Shown piece after piece: positions 50,568 through 61,533 of a stretch of DNA of 64,000 nt. Where the stretch lies: positions 28,326-92,325 of the forward strand of contig LSNK01000004.1 of the NCBI GenBank assembly GCA_003056085.1. Reading direction: 5' to 3'. Source of the stretch: Parcubacteria group bacterium M6-OD1-1. Lineage in GTDB: Bacteria > Patescibacteriota > Minisyncoccia > GWC2-36-17 > M10-OD1-4. Each line of letters opens with the position of its first letter. The first letter of the stretch is position 1. Under the pieces are notes generated by a model that was not told the origin of the DNA, made no database searches, and worked only from the letters and a program-made list of their open reading frames with translations. Made by a program: the position numbers and the translations under genes.

Positions 50568-50695
50568 TAATTTTTCTAATGTTATTTTATGAAAATTAAT
50601 ATGTTTTAGATTATAAAATTCAAATAACCAAAATCTAAGGTATTTTAATAAAGTATCTAAAAATATTTTATCAAGAGAACTTCGGTTTTAAAATT

Positions 50696-51103
50696 ATGTC
50701 AGAAGACAAAGAAAAAAAAGTAGAAGTACCTGCTAAATTTAAAGATTTAGTGGAATCAATTGAAAAGTTAAGTGTTATTGATCTTTCAGAACTTGTTAAA
50801 GTTTTAGAAGATAAATTTGGAGTTTCCGCTTCCGCTCCTGTAGCGGTTGCTGCAGCACCAGCTGCCGGAGGTGAAGATGCCGCAGCTGAAAAAACAGAGT
50901 TTTCAGTTGAACTTAAAGCCGCAGGAGATCAGAAAATCCAAGTTATTAAAGCGGTTCGCGAAATAACAGGATTGGGTCTTAAAGAGGCAAAAGATATTGT
51001 TGACAGTGCTCCTAAGGTAATAAAAGAAAATGCAAAAAAAGAAGAGGCTGAAGAAATGAAAAAGAAGATAGAAGAGGCAGGAGGAGTTGTAGAACTTAAA
51101 TAA
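50696..51103 (+). CDS. rplL: 50S ribosomal protein L7/L12
   Basis: Ala-rich hinge and the C-terminal domain motif [24 protein letters not shown]. Confidence 0.9.
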   Translation: MSEDKEKKVEVPAKFKDLVESIEKLSVIDLSELVKVLEDKFGVSASAPVAVAAAPAAGGEDAAAEKTEFSVELKAAGDQKIQVIKAVREITGLGLKEAKDIVDSAPKVIKENAKKEEAEEMKKKIEEAGGVVELK

Positions 51104-51117
51104 CTCACAAAATAACG

Positions 51118-51156
51118 AAAAGCCCCTAAGAATTAGGCTGGGGGCTTTCGTTTTTT
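51118..51156 (+). terminator. rho-independent terminator
   Basis: AAAGCCCC...GGGGCTTT followed by a T-run. Confidence 0.6.
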
Positions 51157-51159
51157 AAG

Positions 51160-51906
51160 ATGGACGAAATACAAATAGCGCTTTCCGCTGAAACAATTAC
51201 AGAGTTTTTAGGAGTACCTATAACAAATACACTCATTATGAGTTGGATTGTAGTCGGGTTGCTTTTGTTTTTGGGTCTTTTTGTCGGGAAAAACTTAAAA
51301 ATGATTCCCGGAAGAATTCAGGTGATGTTTGAATCCTTGTTTGTTTATGTTTTGGAATATATGGAGGAGACTTTGGAAAGCAAGAAATTGGCAAGAGTTT
51401 TCTTTCCTCTCATTTTAACCATTTTTTTGTTTGTGTTTATTGCAAATCTTATTGAATTTACTCCGGGGATAGGAAGTATAGGGTTTTTTGAAGTCCATGG
51501 TGGGAAAGAGGAGTTTATCCCGCTTTTACGTTCTATGAACACCGACCTTAATGTTACTTTGGCGCTTGCTATCATTTCATTTTTAGTTGTTGAGGTTACG
51601 GGAGTTCTTACAATTGGTTTCTTGAAATATTTTTCAAAATTTGTTAACTTTAAATCTGTTATTGGATTTTCAATAGGCATAATAGAGTTGTTTTCCGAGA
51701 TGGTTAGATTGGTTGCTTTCTCATTTCGTCTTTTTGGAAATATATTTGCGGGTGAAGTGTTGATATTAGTAGTTATATTCTTTGTTCCTTATATACTCCC
51801 TGTGCCGTTAATGCTCTTTGAAGTATTTGTAGGGTTTATACAAGCGGCAATTTTTTCTTTGCTTACTTTATTTTTTATAAAGATAGCGATAACAGAACCG
51901 CATTAA
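51160..51906 (+). CDS. atpB: F0 ATP synthase subunit a (operon 2)
   Basis: RLFGNIFAGE motif. Confidence 0.85.
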   Translation: MDEIQIALSAETITEFLGVPITNTLIMSWIVVGLLLFLGLFVGKNLKMIPGRIQVMFESLFVYVLEYMEETLESKKLARVFFPLILTIFLFVFIANLIEFTPGIGSIGFFEVHGGKEEFIPLLRSMNTDLNVTLALAIISFLVVEVTGVLTIGFLKYFSKFVNFKSVIGFSIGIIELFSEMVRLVAFSFRLFGNIFAGEVLILVVIFFVPYILPVPLMLFEVFVGFIQAAIFSLLTLFFIKIAITEPH

Positions 51907-52020
51907 GTTAGAAAAGTTTAAAGTTATTAAAGTCGAAAATTTAAAAGATAGTAATTAATTTCTTAGTAATCATTTTTTAGTTTAAGTAAGTTGATAAGCT
52001 TAGTTAAGCTGAAAAATTAA

Positions 52021-52254
<234 letters not shown>

Positions 52255-52299
52255 AACTTTAAAAATTGGTATATCTTACGACTCGGCTGAAGCCTCTTT

Positions 52300-52479
52300 G
52301 TATTGCGTTTTATAACCAATCGCTTCACCTGAAGGTATTGCGTTTATAACCAATCGCTTCACCTGAAGGTATTGCGTTTTATAACCAATCGCTTCGCTCT
52401 TGGATAAAACGGGAACGCTCTTGGACAAAACGGGAACGCTCTTGGATAAAACGGGAACGCTCTTGGATAAACAGGGAGC
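52300..52479. repeat. compound tandem direct repeat: ~35-nt unit x2.8, then 21-nt unit x4
   Basis: GTATTGCGTTTTATAACCAATCGCTTCACCTGAAG repeated (52300-52395), then GCTCTTGGATAAAACGGGAAC x4 (52396-52479; copy 2 has T to C, copy 4 is degenerate). Lies in the atpE-atpF intergenic region. Confidence 0.75.
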
Positions 52480-52568
52480 TGCGATCTATGCTTAATTTTT
52501 AAAGTTTTTAGGGGGGTGTTTAAATATAAAAATTCTTAACTCTTAATTTATTATTTTTAGCCAAAGTT

Positions 52569-53030
52569 ATGGATGAAATATTAAAAGTATTTGGAATAAA
52601 TTGGAAACTCGTTTTGATTCAAACGGTTAATTTTGGTTTGCTTTTGATTCTTTTGCAGATATTTTTGTATAAACCTGTAATGAAAATGATAGATAAAAGA
52701 GCAAAAAAAATAGAAAAAGGAGTGAAGGATTCTGAAGAGGCGGAAATAAAACTTAACAGTGCAGAGGAGGAGAGAAAAGCTATATTGTCCGTTGCAACAA
52801 AAAAAGCGGAAAATATTATAGATTCATCAAGAAAAAAAGCGGAGGATGTAAAGTCTGAAATATTAAAGGACGCGGAAGATAAAGGCAATGAAATTCTTAA
52901 TGAAACAAAAAAGAAGGCGGAGGAAAAAATAAAAAAGGCGGTTGAAAGCAGTAGGGCGGAAATTGCGAAAATAGCGGTTTTAACAGCAGAAAATATTTTA
53001 AGAGAAAAAGAAAGAAACAGTACGCAGTAG
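52569..53030 (+). CDS. atpF: F0 ATP synthase subunit b (operon 2)
   Basis: N-terminal TM helix followed by a charged coiled coil. Confidence 0.75.
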   Translation: MDEILKVFGINWKLVLIQTVNFGLLLILLQIFLYKPVMKMIDKRAKKIEKGVKDSEEAEIKLNSAEEERKAILSVATKKAENIIDSSRKKAEDVKSEILKDAEDKGNEILNETKKKAEEKIKKAVESSRAEIAKIAVLTAENILREKERNSTQ

Positions 53031-53062
53031 TTTTTTTAATTTTTGTGTGCTCAATTTAAGTT

Positions 53063-53455
53063 ATGTTATCTGAAAAATATGCTCAAGCTTTATATTATAT
53101 TGCAAAGGATAAGTCCGAAAAAGAACAGGAAGGATTTTTTGATAACTTTATAAAACTTTTAAAAAGAAATGGACATCTTAGTCTTTTACCTAAAATATTA
53201 AAAAATTTAAATGAAATTTCTTTAAAAGAACATAAGAAAGATAAAATAGATTTTATTGTTTCAGATGAAAAATTTAAAGATAAATACAAAGAAAAGATTA
53301 AAGATTATAAAAAATACCTCAATCTTAAGCAGGAGGTTCAAACAAAAGTGGATGATGCGATAGTTGGAGGGTTTATTATACGCACAAAAGATACAATAAT
53401 AGACGGAAGTTACAGGAGAGGTCTTGTAAATTTATATAATAAATTTATTAAATAG
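53063..53455 (+). CDS. atpH: F1 ATP synthase delta subunit (short)
   Basis: C-terminal VGGFIIRTKDTIIDGSYRRGL OSCP motif. Confidence 0.7.
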   Translation: MLSEKYAQALYYIAKDKSEKEQEGFFDNFIKLLKRNGHLSLLPKILKNLNEISLKEHKKDKIDFIVSDEKFKDKYKEKIKDYKKYLNLKQEVQTKVDDAIVGGFIIRTKDTIIDGSYRRGLVNLYNKFIK

Positions 53456-53513
53456 ATCTACTGAGTAATTTTATGAAGATATATTACACAGTGAGTTTAA
53501 TAACTAATAAAAA

Positions 53514-55085
53514 ATGAGTGATTTTATTATAGAGAAGTTAAAAAAAGAGATTGAAAAATTTTCACCAAAAACAGAGGTGGAAAGAATTGGTACTGTGACG
53601 AAAGTTGCAGATGGAATTTGTGAAATTGATGGGCTTGATGGAGCTTTAATGTCAGAGATGATTGTTTTTTCCGATCAAGAAAGCAAAACTCTTTCGGAAA
53701 CCATTTCAAATCCGGATGTTATAACAGGACTTATACTTAATTTAGAAGAAGATTCCATAAAAGCTGTTATTTTGGGCGACACTCAAAAAATTAAGGAAGG
53801 GATGCTTGTAAAAAGCACAGGACAAATTCTTTCTGTTTCCGTCTCTGAAAAATTAATTGGCAGAGTTGTGAATGCTCTTTCAGAGCCGATTGATGATGAG
53901 GGGAGTATTGACGCTTCAGATTCCAGAAAAATAGAAAGAACCGCCTATGGAGTTATGGATCGTTCTCCTGTTGATACACCTTTGCATACGGGTATTAAGG
54001 CCATTGATTCTATGATTCCTATCGGTCGCGGACAAAGAGAGCTTATTATCGGTGATCGTTATACCGGTAAAACAACTATAGCTGTTGATACTATTTTAAA
54101 TCAAAAAAATGAGCCGGAAGGTGAGAGACCAATTTGCATATATGTTGCCATTGGGCAAAAAGAATCAAAAACAGCAAGAATAGTTTATGATCTAAAAAAA
54201 CGCGAAGCTATGAAATATACAATAGTTGTTTCTGCGTCGTCTTCCGAACCGGCCTCTTTGCAGTTTCTTGCTCCGTTTACTGGCGTTGCGATAGCGGAAT
54301 ATTTTATGGAAAAAGGAAAAGATGTTCTTATTATTTACGACGACCTTTCAAAGCATGCTGTTGCTTACAGACAAATGTCACTTCTTTTGAGGCGTCCTCC
54401 CGGAAGAGAAGCCTATCCCGGAGATATTTTTTATCTTCACTCAAGACTTCTTGAAAGATCGGCAAAATTAAACAAGAAATTAAAAGGCGGGTCTATAACT
54501 GCATTGCCTATTATTGAAACTCAAGAAGGAGATGTTTCCGCATACATCCCGACAAATGTTATATCTATAACAGACGGTCAGATATTTTTAAATTCAGATT
54601 TGTTTAATAAGGGGTTGAAGCCCGCAATTGACGCCGGTATTTCAGTTTCTCGTGTGGGTTCTGCTGCGCAAACAAAAGCGGTTAAAAAAGTTGCCGGCAA
54701 GATAAAACTTCAATTGGCTCAGTTTCGAGAACTGGAGGCATTTATGCAATTTAGTCAGGACTTGGATCCGGACACAAAAGCCAGCATTGAAAAGGGAAGA
54801 AGACTTTCAGAAATATTAAAACAAAAAAACAATAATCCATTGGGATTTGAAAAGCAAGTGGTTTCTATTTATTCTGCAATATCAGGAATGTTTGATGACG
54901 CGGAGGTTGACGATGTTGTAAAAATTGAAGGAAAACTTCTTTGCTATATTGGAGATCAGAAAGATGAGATATTTAAAAGCATTAAGAAGGAAAAAGACTT
55001 AACAAAGGAAACGGAAGAAAAATTGAAAGAGGCGCTTAAAAGCTTCAAAGAAACACACAGCGAGTTGTTTACTTTAAAAAAATAA
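53514..55085 (+). CDS. atpA: F1 ATP synthase alpha subunit (operon 2)
   Basis: P-loop GDRYTGKTT and ITDGQIFL. Confidence 0.9.
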   Translation: MSDFIIEKLKKEIEKFSPKTEVERIGTVTKVADGICEIDGLDGALMSEMIVFSDQESKTLSETISNPDVITGLILNLEEDSIKAVILGDTQKIKEGMLVKSTGQILSVSVSEKLIGRVVNALSEPIDDEGSIDASDSRKIERTAYGVMDRSPVDTPLHTGIKAIDSMIPIGRGQRELIIGDRYTGKTTIAVDTILNQKNEPEGERPICIYVAIGQKESKTARIVYDLKKREAMKYTIVVSASSSEPASLQFLAPFTGVAIAEYFMEKGKDVLIIYDDLSKHAVAYRQMSLLLRRPPGREAYPGDIFYLHSRLLERSAKLNKKLKGGSITALPIIETQEGDVSAYIPTNVISITDGQIFLNSDLFNKGLKPAIDAGISVSRVGSAAQTKAVKKVAGKIKLQLAQFRELEAFMQFSQDLDPDTKASIEKGRRLSEILKQKNNNPLGFEKQVVSIYSAISGMFDDAEVDDVVKIEGKLLCYIGDQKDEIFKSIKKEKDLTKETEEKLKEALKSFKETHSELFTLKK

Positions 55086-55109
55086 CTTTTAACTTTTAAT
55101 TAAGCAAAA

Positions 55110-56042
55110 ATGTCTTTAAAGGCGATTAAAAATAAAATAAAATCTATTAACAAGACAAGACAGGTGACTAAAGCAATGGAGTCTGTCGCTGCTGTTAAGA
55201 TGAGAAAAAGTCAAAAAACAGCATTTGATACAAGGCCTTACGCCATGCATGCTTTTGGAATATTAAAAAGAATAAGCGGGAGCATTGACGGCAAAAGCCA
55301 CTTTTTGATGCTGGAAAGGGAAGTAAAAAAAACATGTATATTTATAATCACAAGTGATAAAGGGCTCGCAGGAAGTTTAAACAGCGCAGTTATTAAAAAA
55401 GTTGTTCGGGAAATGGATAAGGACGGGCTTGATAAAGAAAATACAAGTTTTATATGTATAGGCAAAAAGGGTTATGAATATTTTTTAAAAAGGGGTTTTA
55501 AAATAGAAAAATATTATGAAAAGCTCGGAGAAAATGTTTCGGTAGAGCTTTTAAAAGAAGTTTCAGACCTTTTAGTCAGTCTTTATGAAAATAAAAAATA
55601 TGATAAATTTAAAATTTTTTATACAAATTTTATTTCAACAGCAGACCAAAAACCCGTAGCAAGAACAATTCTTCCCATAAAATATGATGAAGTCAAAAGA
55701 ATTATTAAGCGTATTTTGCCAAAAACGGGGAGATACTCTGAGTTTAAAAATACCATTGACATAGATCAAAGTGATGATGTGAGAGCGTATTTATTTGAGC
55801 CAAGCGCGAAAGATATTTTAAAAGAGCTCTTGCCGTTTTTATTGAATATTCAACTTTATTATTCACTTCTTGAATCTCAGGCGTCAGAGCATTCTGCAAG
55901 AATGGTTTCAATGAAAAATGCTTCAGATAAGGCAGATGAATTATCAAAAGATTTGAAGTTGGTGTTTAACAAAGCAAGACAAGCTTCCATAACAAGTGAA
56001 ATATCAGAAATTACCGGAGGCATTGAAGCATTATCAAATTAG
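55110..56042 (+). CDS. atpG: F1 ATP synthase gamma subunit (operon 2)
   Basis: MSLKAIKNKIKSINKTRQVTKAMESVAAVKMRK N-terminus typical of gamma. Confidence 0.8.
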   Translation: MSLKAIKNKIKSINKTRQVTKAMESVAAVKMRKSQKTAFDTRPYAMHAFGILKRISGSIDGKSHFLMLEREVKKTCIFIITSDKGLAGSLNSAVIKKVVREMDKDGLDKENTSFICIGKKGYEYFLKRGFKIEKYYEKLGENVSVELLKEVSDLLVSLYENKKYDKFKIFYTNFISTADQKPVARTILPIKYDEVKRIIKRILPKTGRYSEFKNTIDIDQSDDVRAYLFEPSAKDILKELLPFLLNIQLYYSLLESQASEHSARMVSMKNASDKADELSKDLKLVFNKARQASITSEISEITGGIEALSN

Positions 56043-56063
56043 TATAAGATTTTAACCATTTAA

Positions 56064-57461
<1,398 letters not shown>

Positions 57462-57616
57462 AAAATAAAAAATTTGAAAGTAAAAAATACTAAGCAGCAA
57501 GTAACAATAATCAAGAAACAAACAAATTTCAAGATACAATAACCAAAACGACGATGTATCTGTAATCCGTTTCTTATAATTTTTGTTTTACTCGCGACTT
57601 TATTCTTGTTTAAATT

Positions 57617-57853
57617 ATGTTTTTTTTAACAATAGCAAAAATAAATGAAACTTTGTTTCAGGGAATGGTAAGGTCAGTAAACTGTCCCGGAGTTGAGGGT
57701 GAAATGACCGTACTTCCAAACCATATTCCTTTGGCGACAATTTTAAAAGCTGGAGAGATAAGAATAAGAGTTGATGAGGACAAAGAGGAAAAGCTCAAAA
57801 TAGAAAAGGGAATACTTGAAATAAGCAAAAAAGAAGTTGTTATTTTGCTTTAG
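57617..57853 (+). CDS. atpC: F1 ATP synthase epsilon subunit (short, operon 2)
   Basis: 78 aa, beta-sandwich domain only. Confidence 0.65.
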   Translation: MFFLTIAKINETLFQGMVRSVNCPGVEGEMTVLPNHIPLATILKAGEIRIRVDEDKEEKLKIEKGILEISKKEVVILL

Positions 57854-57885
57854 ATATTTAAAATTCAAAGTTGCAAAATAAATAA

Positions 57886-57912
57886 AAAAAGCGGCCATTG
57901 TGGCCGCTTTTT
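57886..57912. terminator. bidirectional terminator
   Basis: AAAAAGCGGCCA-TTG-TGGCCGCTTTTT. Confidence 0.65.
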
Positions 57913-57933
57913 GATTTTACGTTTTTACGCGAT

Positions 57934-58398
57934 TTATTTTTCGGAGTATACAACCTCAATATTCCAGTCTTCATTTACAAAAAGGCCAAACACAGGAATC
58001 CCCAATTGCCATTTTGAAAGTACTTTTCTGCAAAATTCCTTGATTTCTTCAATGTGTTCTTCTTTTGAGATTGGATTGCCGGCACAATCATGATGTCCGC
58101 ATATCACAATGCCGCAAGAGAGGTGTTTTTCTATAGAAAATAAAGCTTTTTTTTGGACAGTTTCTTCATGTAGTCCTGAACCGTCGTTTGTCAAATTGTC
58201 CATCCCCGGCTCGGTTATTGTGTCTACATATTTAACGTTGAATTGTTCCTTGACCCATTTTGTAACAGGCTCTTGGGTCCGGCCGTCTATGCAGTTTAGT
58301 GCGGTTGCAAATGTATCATCTTTATGCATTTTTTTTGCTCCATTCTTAATTTTAAAAAGCACTTTTGATATTATAGAATACTTTTCCTTAAAAGTCAA
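57934..58398 (-). CDS. beta-class carbonic anhydrase-like protein (minimal)
   Basis: NCIDGR and GHHDCAG resemble the beta-CA Zn-ligand motifs CxDxR and HxxCG. Only 154 aa. Confidence 0.45.
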   Translation of the reverse strand: MTFKEKYSIISKVLFKIKNGAKKMHKDDTFATALNCIDGRTQEPVTKWVKEQFNVKYVDTITEPGMDNLTNDGSGLHEETVQKKALFSIEKHLSCGIVICGHHDCAGNPISKEEHIEEIKEFCRKVLSKWQLGIPVFGLFVNEDWNIEVVYSEK

Positions 58399-58478
58399 AT
58401 CTTCAGGGCTTTTTAAATTTCAGTTTGATGGGAAATTTAATTATTTATTTTCGGTTTTTATGTATTTTAATGATAATT

Positions 58479-59039
58479 TTAATCCACATACTTTTTAATA
58501 TTCTCTAACAATAATTCAAATTTCTTATATCCCGCCTTTTCATTAAAGTGTCCTGCATTTTTTATTTTTATAACTTTACTATCTAATTTTTCAGCAAGTT
58601 CTGTAGCTTTTTTTATTGGAATATAAGGATCATTATCAGAATGATAGATATTAAATTTTTTACAATTTTGTTTTATTTTTTCCCAATTAAAATTTCTATC
58701 AGTAAATGTTTTATTAATTTCATCAAAGTCAGGATTACTTAATAATCCAAGAAAGCCAGAAATAAAAAAAGCGGATTTCACAGGTTTGTCTAAGCTTTCA
58801 AGTAAATTTAATAAAAATGCGGGACCCAAACTATGACCGATTAAAATTGTATTTTCGTTTATATGTCGTTTATATTTTTTAAATTCCTTTTCCCAGCTTT
58901 TCAAAGATTGATTTTCAGGAGTTGGAAATTTAGGAATAAAAACATTACATTTTAACTTTTTAAGTTCAGACTTTAACCAAGGGAACCAATTTTCATTTGG
59001 ATTGCCATAGGAGCCGTGAATTATAATTATATTGGTCAT
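58479..59039 (-). CDS. alpha/beta-hydrolase (YdeN/RBBP9-like serine hydrolase)
   Basis: GHSLG nucleophile elbow. 186 aa. Confidence 0.55.
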   Translation of the reverse strand: MTNIIIIHGSYGNPNENWFPWLKSELKKLKCNVFIPKFPTPENQSLKSWEKEFKKYKRHINENTILIGHSLGPAFLLNLLESLDKPVKSAFFISGFLGLLSNPDFDEINKTFTDRNFNWEKIKQNCKKFNIYHSDNDPYIPIKKATELAEKLDSKVIKIKNAGHFNEKAGYKKFELLLENIKKYVD

Positions 59040-59107
59040 AGTTTATGAAAAATTAAGACAATTGTAAGTTTATTGGCATAAATCGTGATTATAAAGTATG
59101 TTATTAA

Positions 59108-60757
59108 TTATTTATTTTCGGTTTTAAAAACCTCTCTTTCAGACAATAAATATATAAACTTATTATCTTCAGATATTGTAAAATCTCTTATTCTTATCAA
59201 AGAAAGAAAATTAAAGTATTTTTCTGTTTCACCTTCTTTTTTGATTATTTGATTTCTATCCATAGAGAAATTTATATCTTTAAAGTCTTTATTGTATGGG
59301 GTTGGTTTCAGTTTTAATAGTTTTCTTAGCTGTTTTTCCGATTCTATGGTGTATATCTTTTCGTCTTTGGGGTCAAAATAATAAACTTGTTTTTTTATAT
59401 AATTTATAAAATAAAATAAACCATCACTTAAAAAAGCTTTTTCTATTTCAAAAGGAGATTGATCTAAAAACAAAAAAGATCCTGACTTGTCGTCCGATTT
59501 TATTTTGTAAAACATATTTAATGTGTCCGAAAATACATAAATATTGTCTTTGCTTTCAAATATGAACTTTGGGGAAAAGCCTAATGATTTGCCGGGTATT
59601 TTACCGAATCTTTCAAGAGATATAATATTAAACAATCCTTTGGTTTCGTTTTCTTTTTCCTCTATTATTTTTATAATATCATCAGATTTTTTTGAAAAAA
59701 ATGGATATGATTTTAATATTAAAGTTGTGTTTTTCGCTTCTTTAAAAATATCCAATGCTTTTTCTTTGTTTTTTTGAGCTGTGGCTTCAGCCTCTGCTAT
59801 TTTAACGTTTATAACATCTGCAAGTTTATAGGCATTGCTCATTTTTATGTAAAAAGAGATTGAGGCGATGAGTATTATAATAATAAAGGAGGATCCGATA
59901 AATACTTTTTTTCTTTTTAAAAATTCTAAAATTGCAGGGAAATAATTATTTATTTTTTCTTTATATTTTGAGACCGGTTCTTCCTGTTCTTCTTTGGAGT
60001 ATTTTGATATTTTGTCTTCAATGTTTATATTTTTTGATGTTCCAAAAACATTTTTTAATATTTTAGATCTTTTAGGTGATATTACTTCAAGAAGCAGGGC
60101 TGCTTGAGGCGGTAAGGGGATCTCTTTTGATTCAGCTTCATAAATACGATTTATTGTTTCCGCTTGTTTTTCTATTTTATCATCCAAAACTCTTCCTATG
60201 CTTTTTTTAGAAAATAAATCTCCAAGCTTGGATGTTCCAAATATGTATTTATCCCCGACATTTATATCCCCTGAAATAACGGCGGAAAATCTATTTTTTG
60301 ACTCTTTAGATGACCCAATGTCCAAAACAACCTCATTTTTTAAAAGATATATAAAATGTTCTCCAATTTGAGAGAATCTCATTTTGTTTTTTGATGTATT
60401 TAAAATACAAAAAGAAATATGGCGTCTTAAATTTTTATGTTCTCGGCTTATATCAAGCAATGCGGCATTTGCCTTTTTCAGGCAATTTTCAAAACTCGTC
60501 TCAGGGTCTTTGTCTGAAAGTTTATAAAACTCCCTTTTTGCAATGGACGCAATAAGATTTGGCAAAAATTCCAAGTCTTTTTTTTGACTTTTTACCCAGC
60601 CTATTATATAAAGATTTCCAAGAGATTCCTCTTCTATATTTGAGGGTTCATAAACAAAAGTCTCGCAACTAAAAGTCTTTTTGTCACTTGTCAGTATTAA
60701 TTCCCGTATTTTAATATTATGCTCTTTCATAAAAATAATTTTATCACAAAAAATCAA
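59108..60757 (-). CDS. large single-pass membrane protein, hypothetical
   Basis: 549 aa with a central TM helix (VFIGSSFIIIILIASISFYI) and no recognised catalytic motifs. True start may be an internal Met. Confidence 0.4.
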   Translation of the reverse strand: MIFCDKIIFMKEHNIKIRELILTSDKKTFSCETFVYEPSNIEEESLGNLYIIGWVKSQKKDLEFLPNLIASIAKREFYKLSDKDPETSFENCLKKANAALLDISREHKNLRRHISFCILNTSKNKMRFSQIGEHFIYLLKNEVVLDIGSSKESKNRFSAVISGDINVGDKYIFGTSKLGDLFSKKSIGRVLDDKIEKQAETINRIYEAESKEIPLPPQAALLLEVISPKRSKILKNVFGTSKNINIEDKISKYSKEEQEEPVSKYKEKINNYFPAILEFLKRKKVFIGSSFIIIILIASISFYIKMSNAYKLADVINVKIAEAEATAQKNKEKALDIFKEAKNTTLILKSYPFFSKKSDDIIKIIEEKENETKGLFNIISLERFGKIPGKSLGFSPKFIFESKDNIYVFSDTLNMFYKIKSDDKSGSFLFLDQSPFEIEKAFLSDGLFYFINYIKKQVYYFDPKDEKIYTIESEKQLRKLLKLKPTPYNKDFKDINFSMDRNQIIKKEGETEKYFNFLSLIRIRDFTISEDNKFIYLLSEREVFKTENK

Positions 60758-60896
60758 AAATATGAAGCATTGCTTAAGTTTTCAAATTGGCGTTTTATGT
60801 CTTGTATTTTCAATAATCTAAGATATTGCTTTGATTTTTTTTCATTTTTTAATTATAATAAATAAAACATTTAAGTTAATTTTAAATTTTATAATT

Positions 60897-61466
60897 ATGG
60901 TTACATTTGAGCAATTTTTTAATTCAGAAGTAAAAGCAAGATTGATTAAGTTTTTTATTTATAATGGTGACTTATCATTTGAGCCGAAAGAAATAGCAGA
61001 AAGGTTAAATCTTAAGTTGAATGTGGTTAAAAAGTATTCGCAGGCTCTTGTAGAAGAAGGTTTTTTAAAGTCAAAAACAATAAAATCCAAGAAGTCTTAT
61101 ATGAGAGATCCAAAATGTTTGTATCAAAAAGAGTTAAGAGATCTTGTTTTGGAGTTTTCAGCCGCCTCACATAAAAAACTTTTAAGGGATGTCAAAAAAA
61201 TAGGTGTTGTTAAATTGGCTATTTTAGGGGGAGTGTTTTTAAATGTGGAAAAATTCAGAGTTGATATTTTTATTGTGGCTGACAAAATAAAAGAATCGCA
61301 ATTTAAAAAATTCTTGAAAAATCTTGAAGCTGAAGTTGGGAAAGAGATATCTTATGCCATTATAAGTACAGTCGAATTTAAATACAGAATGGATATGTTT
61401 GATAGGTTTACAAGAGATGTATTGGAATTTCCTCATGAAAAAATTATCAATAAATTAAAAATATAA
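60897..61466 (+). CDS. hypothetical protein, possible wHTH N-domain
   Basis: ATG 60897 is preferred over the track start at 60831. No motifs recognised. Confidence 0.35.
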   Translation: MVTFEQFFNSEVKARLIKFFIYNGDLSFEPKEIAERLNLKLNVVKKYSQALVEEGFLKSKTIKSKKSYMRDPKCLYQKELRDLVLEFSAASHKKLLRDVKKIGVVKLAILGGVFLNVEKFRVDIFIVADKIKESQFKKFLKNLEAEVGKEISYAIISTVEFKYRMDMFDRFTRDVLEFPHEKIINKLKI

Positions 61467-61533
61467 CAGAATTTACACAGTTTTATTTTCAGTTAGAAAA
61501 AAAACACGAGATAATTTAAAATTATTAATTCTC

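Noticed and set aside
52300-52479. Possible CRISPR array (direct repeats)
   Set aside because: Units are contiguous head-to-tail with no unique spacers. Two different unit lengths (35 and 21 nt) abut, and there are no cas genes nearby. This is a tandem repeat, not CRISPR.
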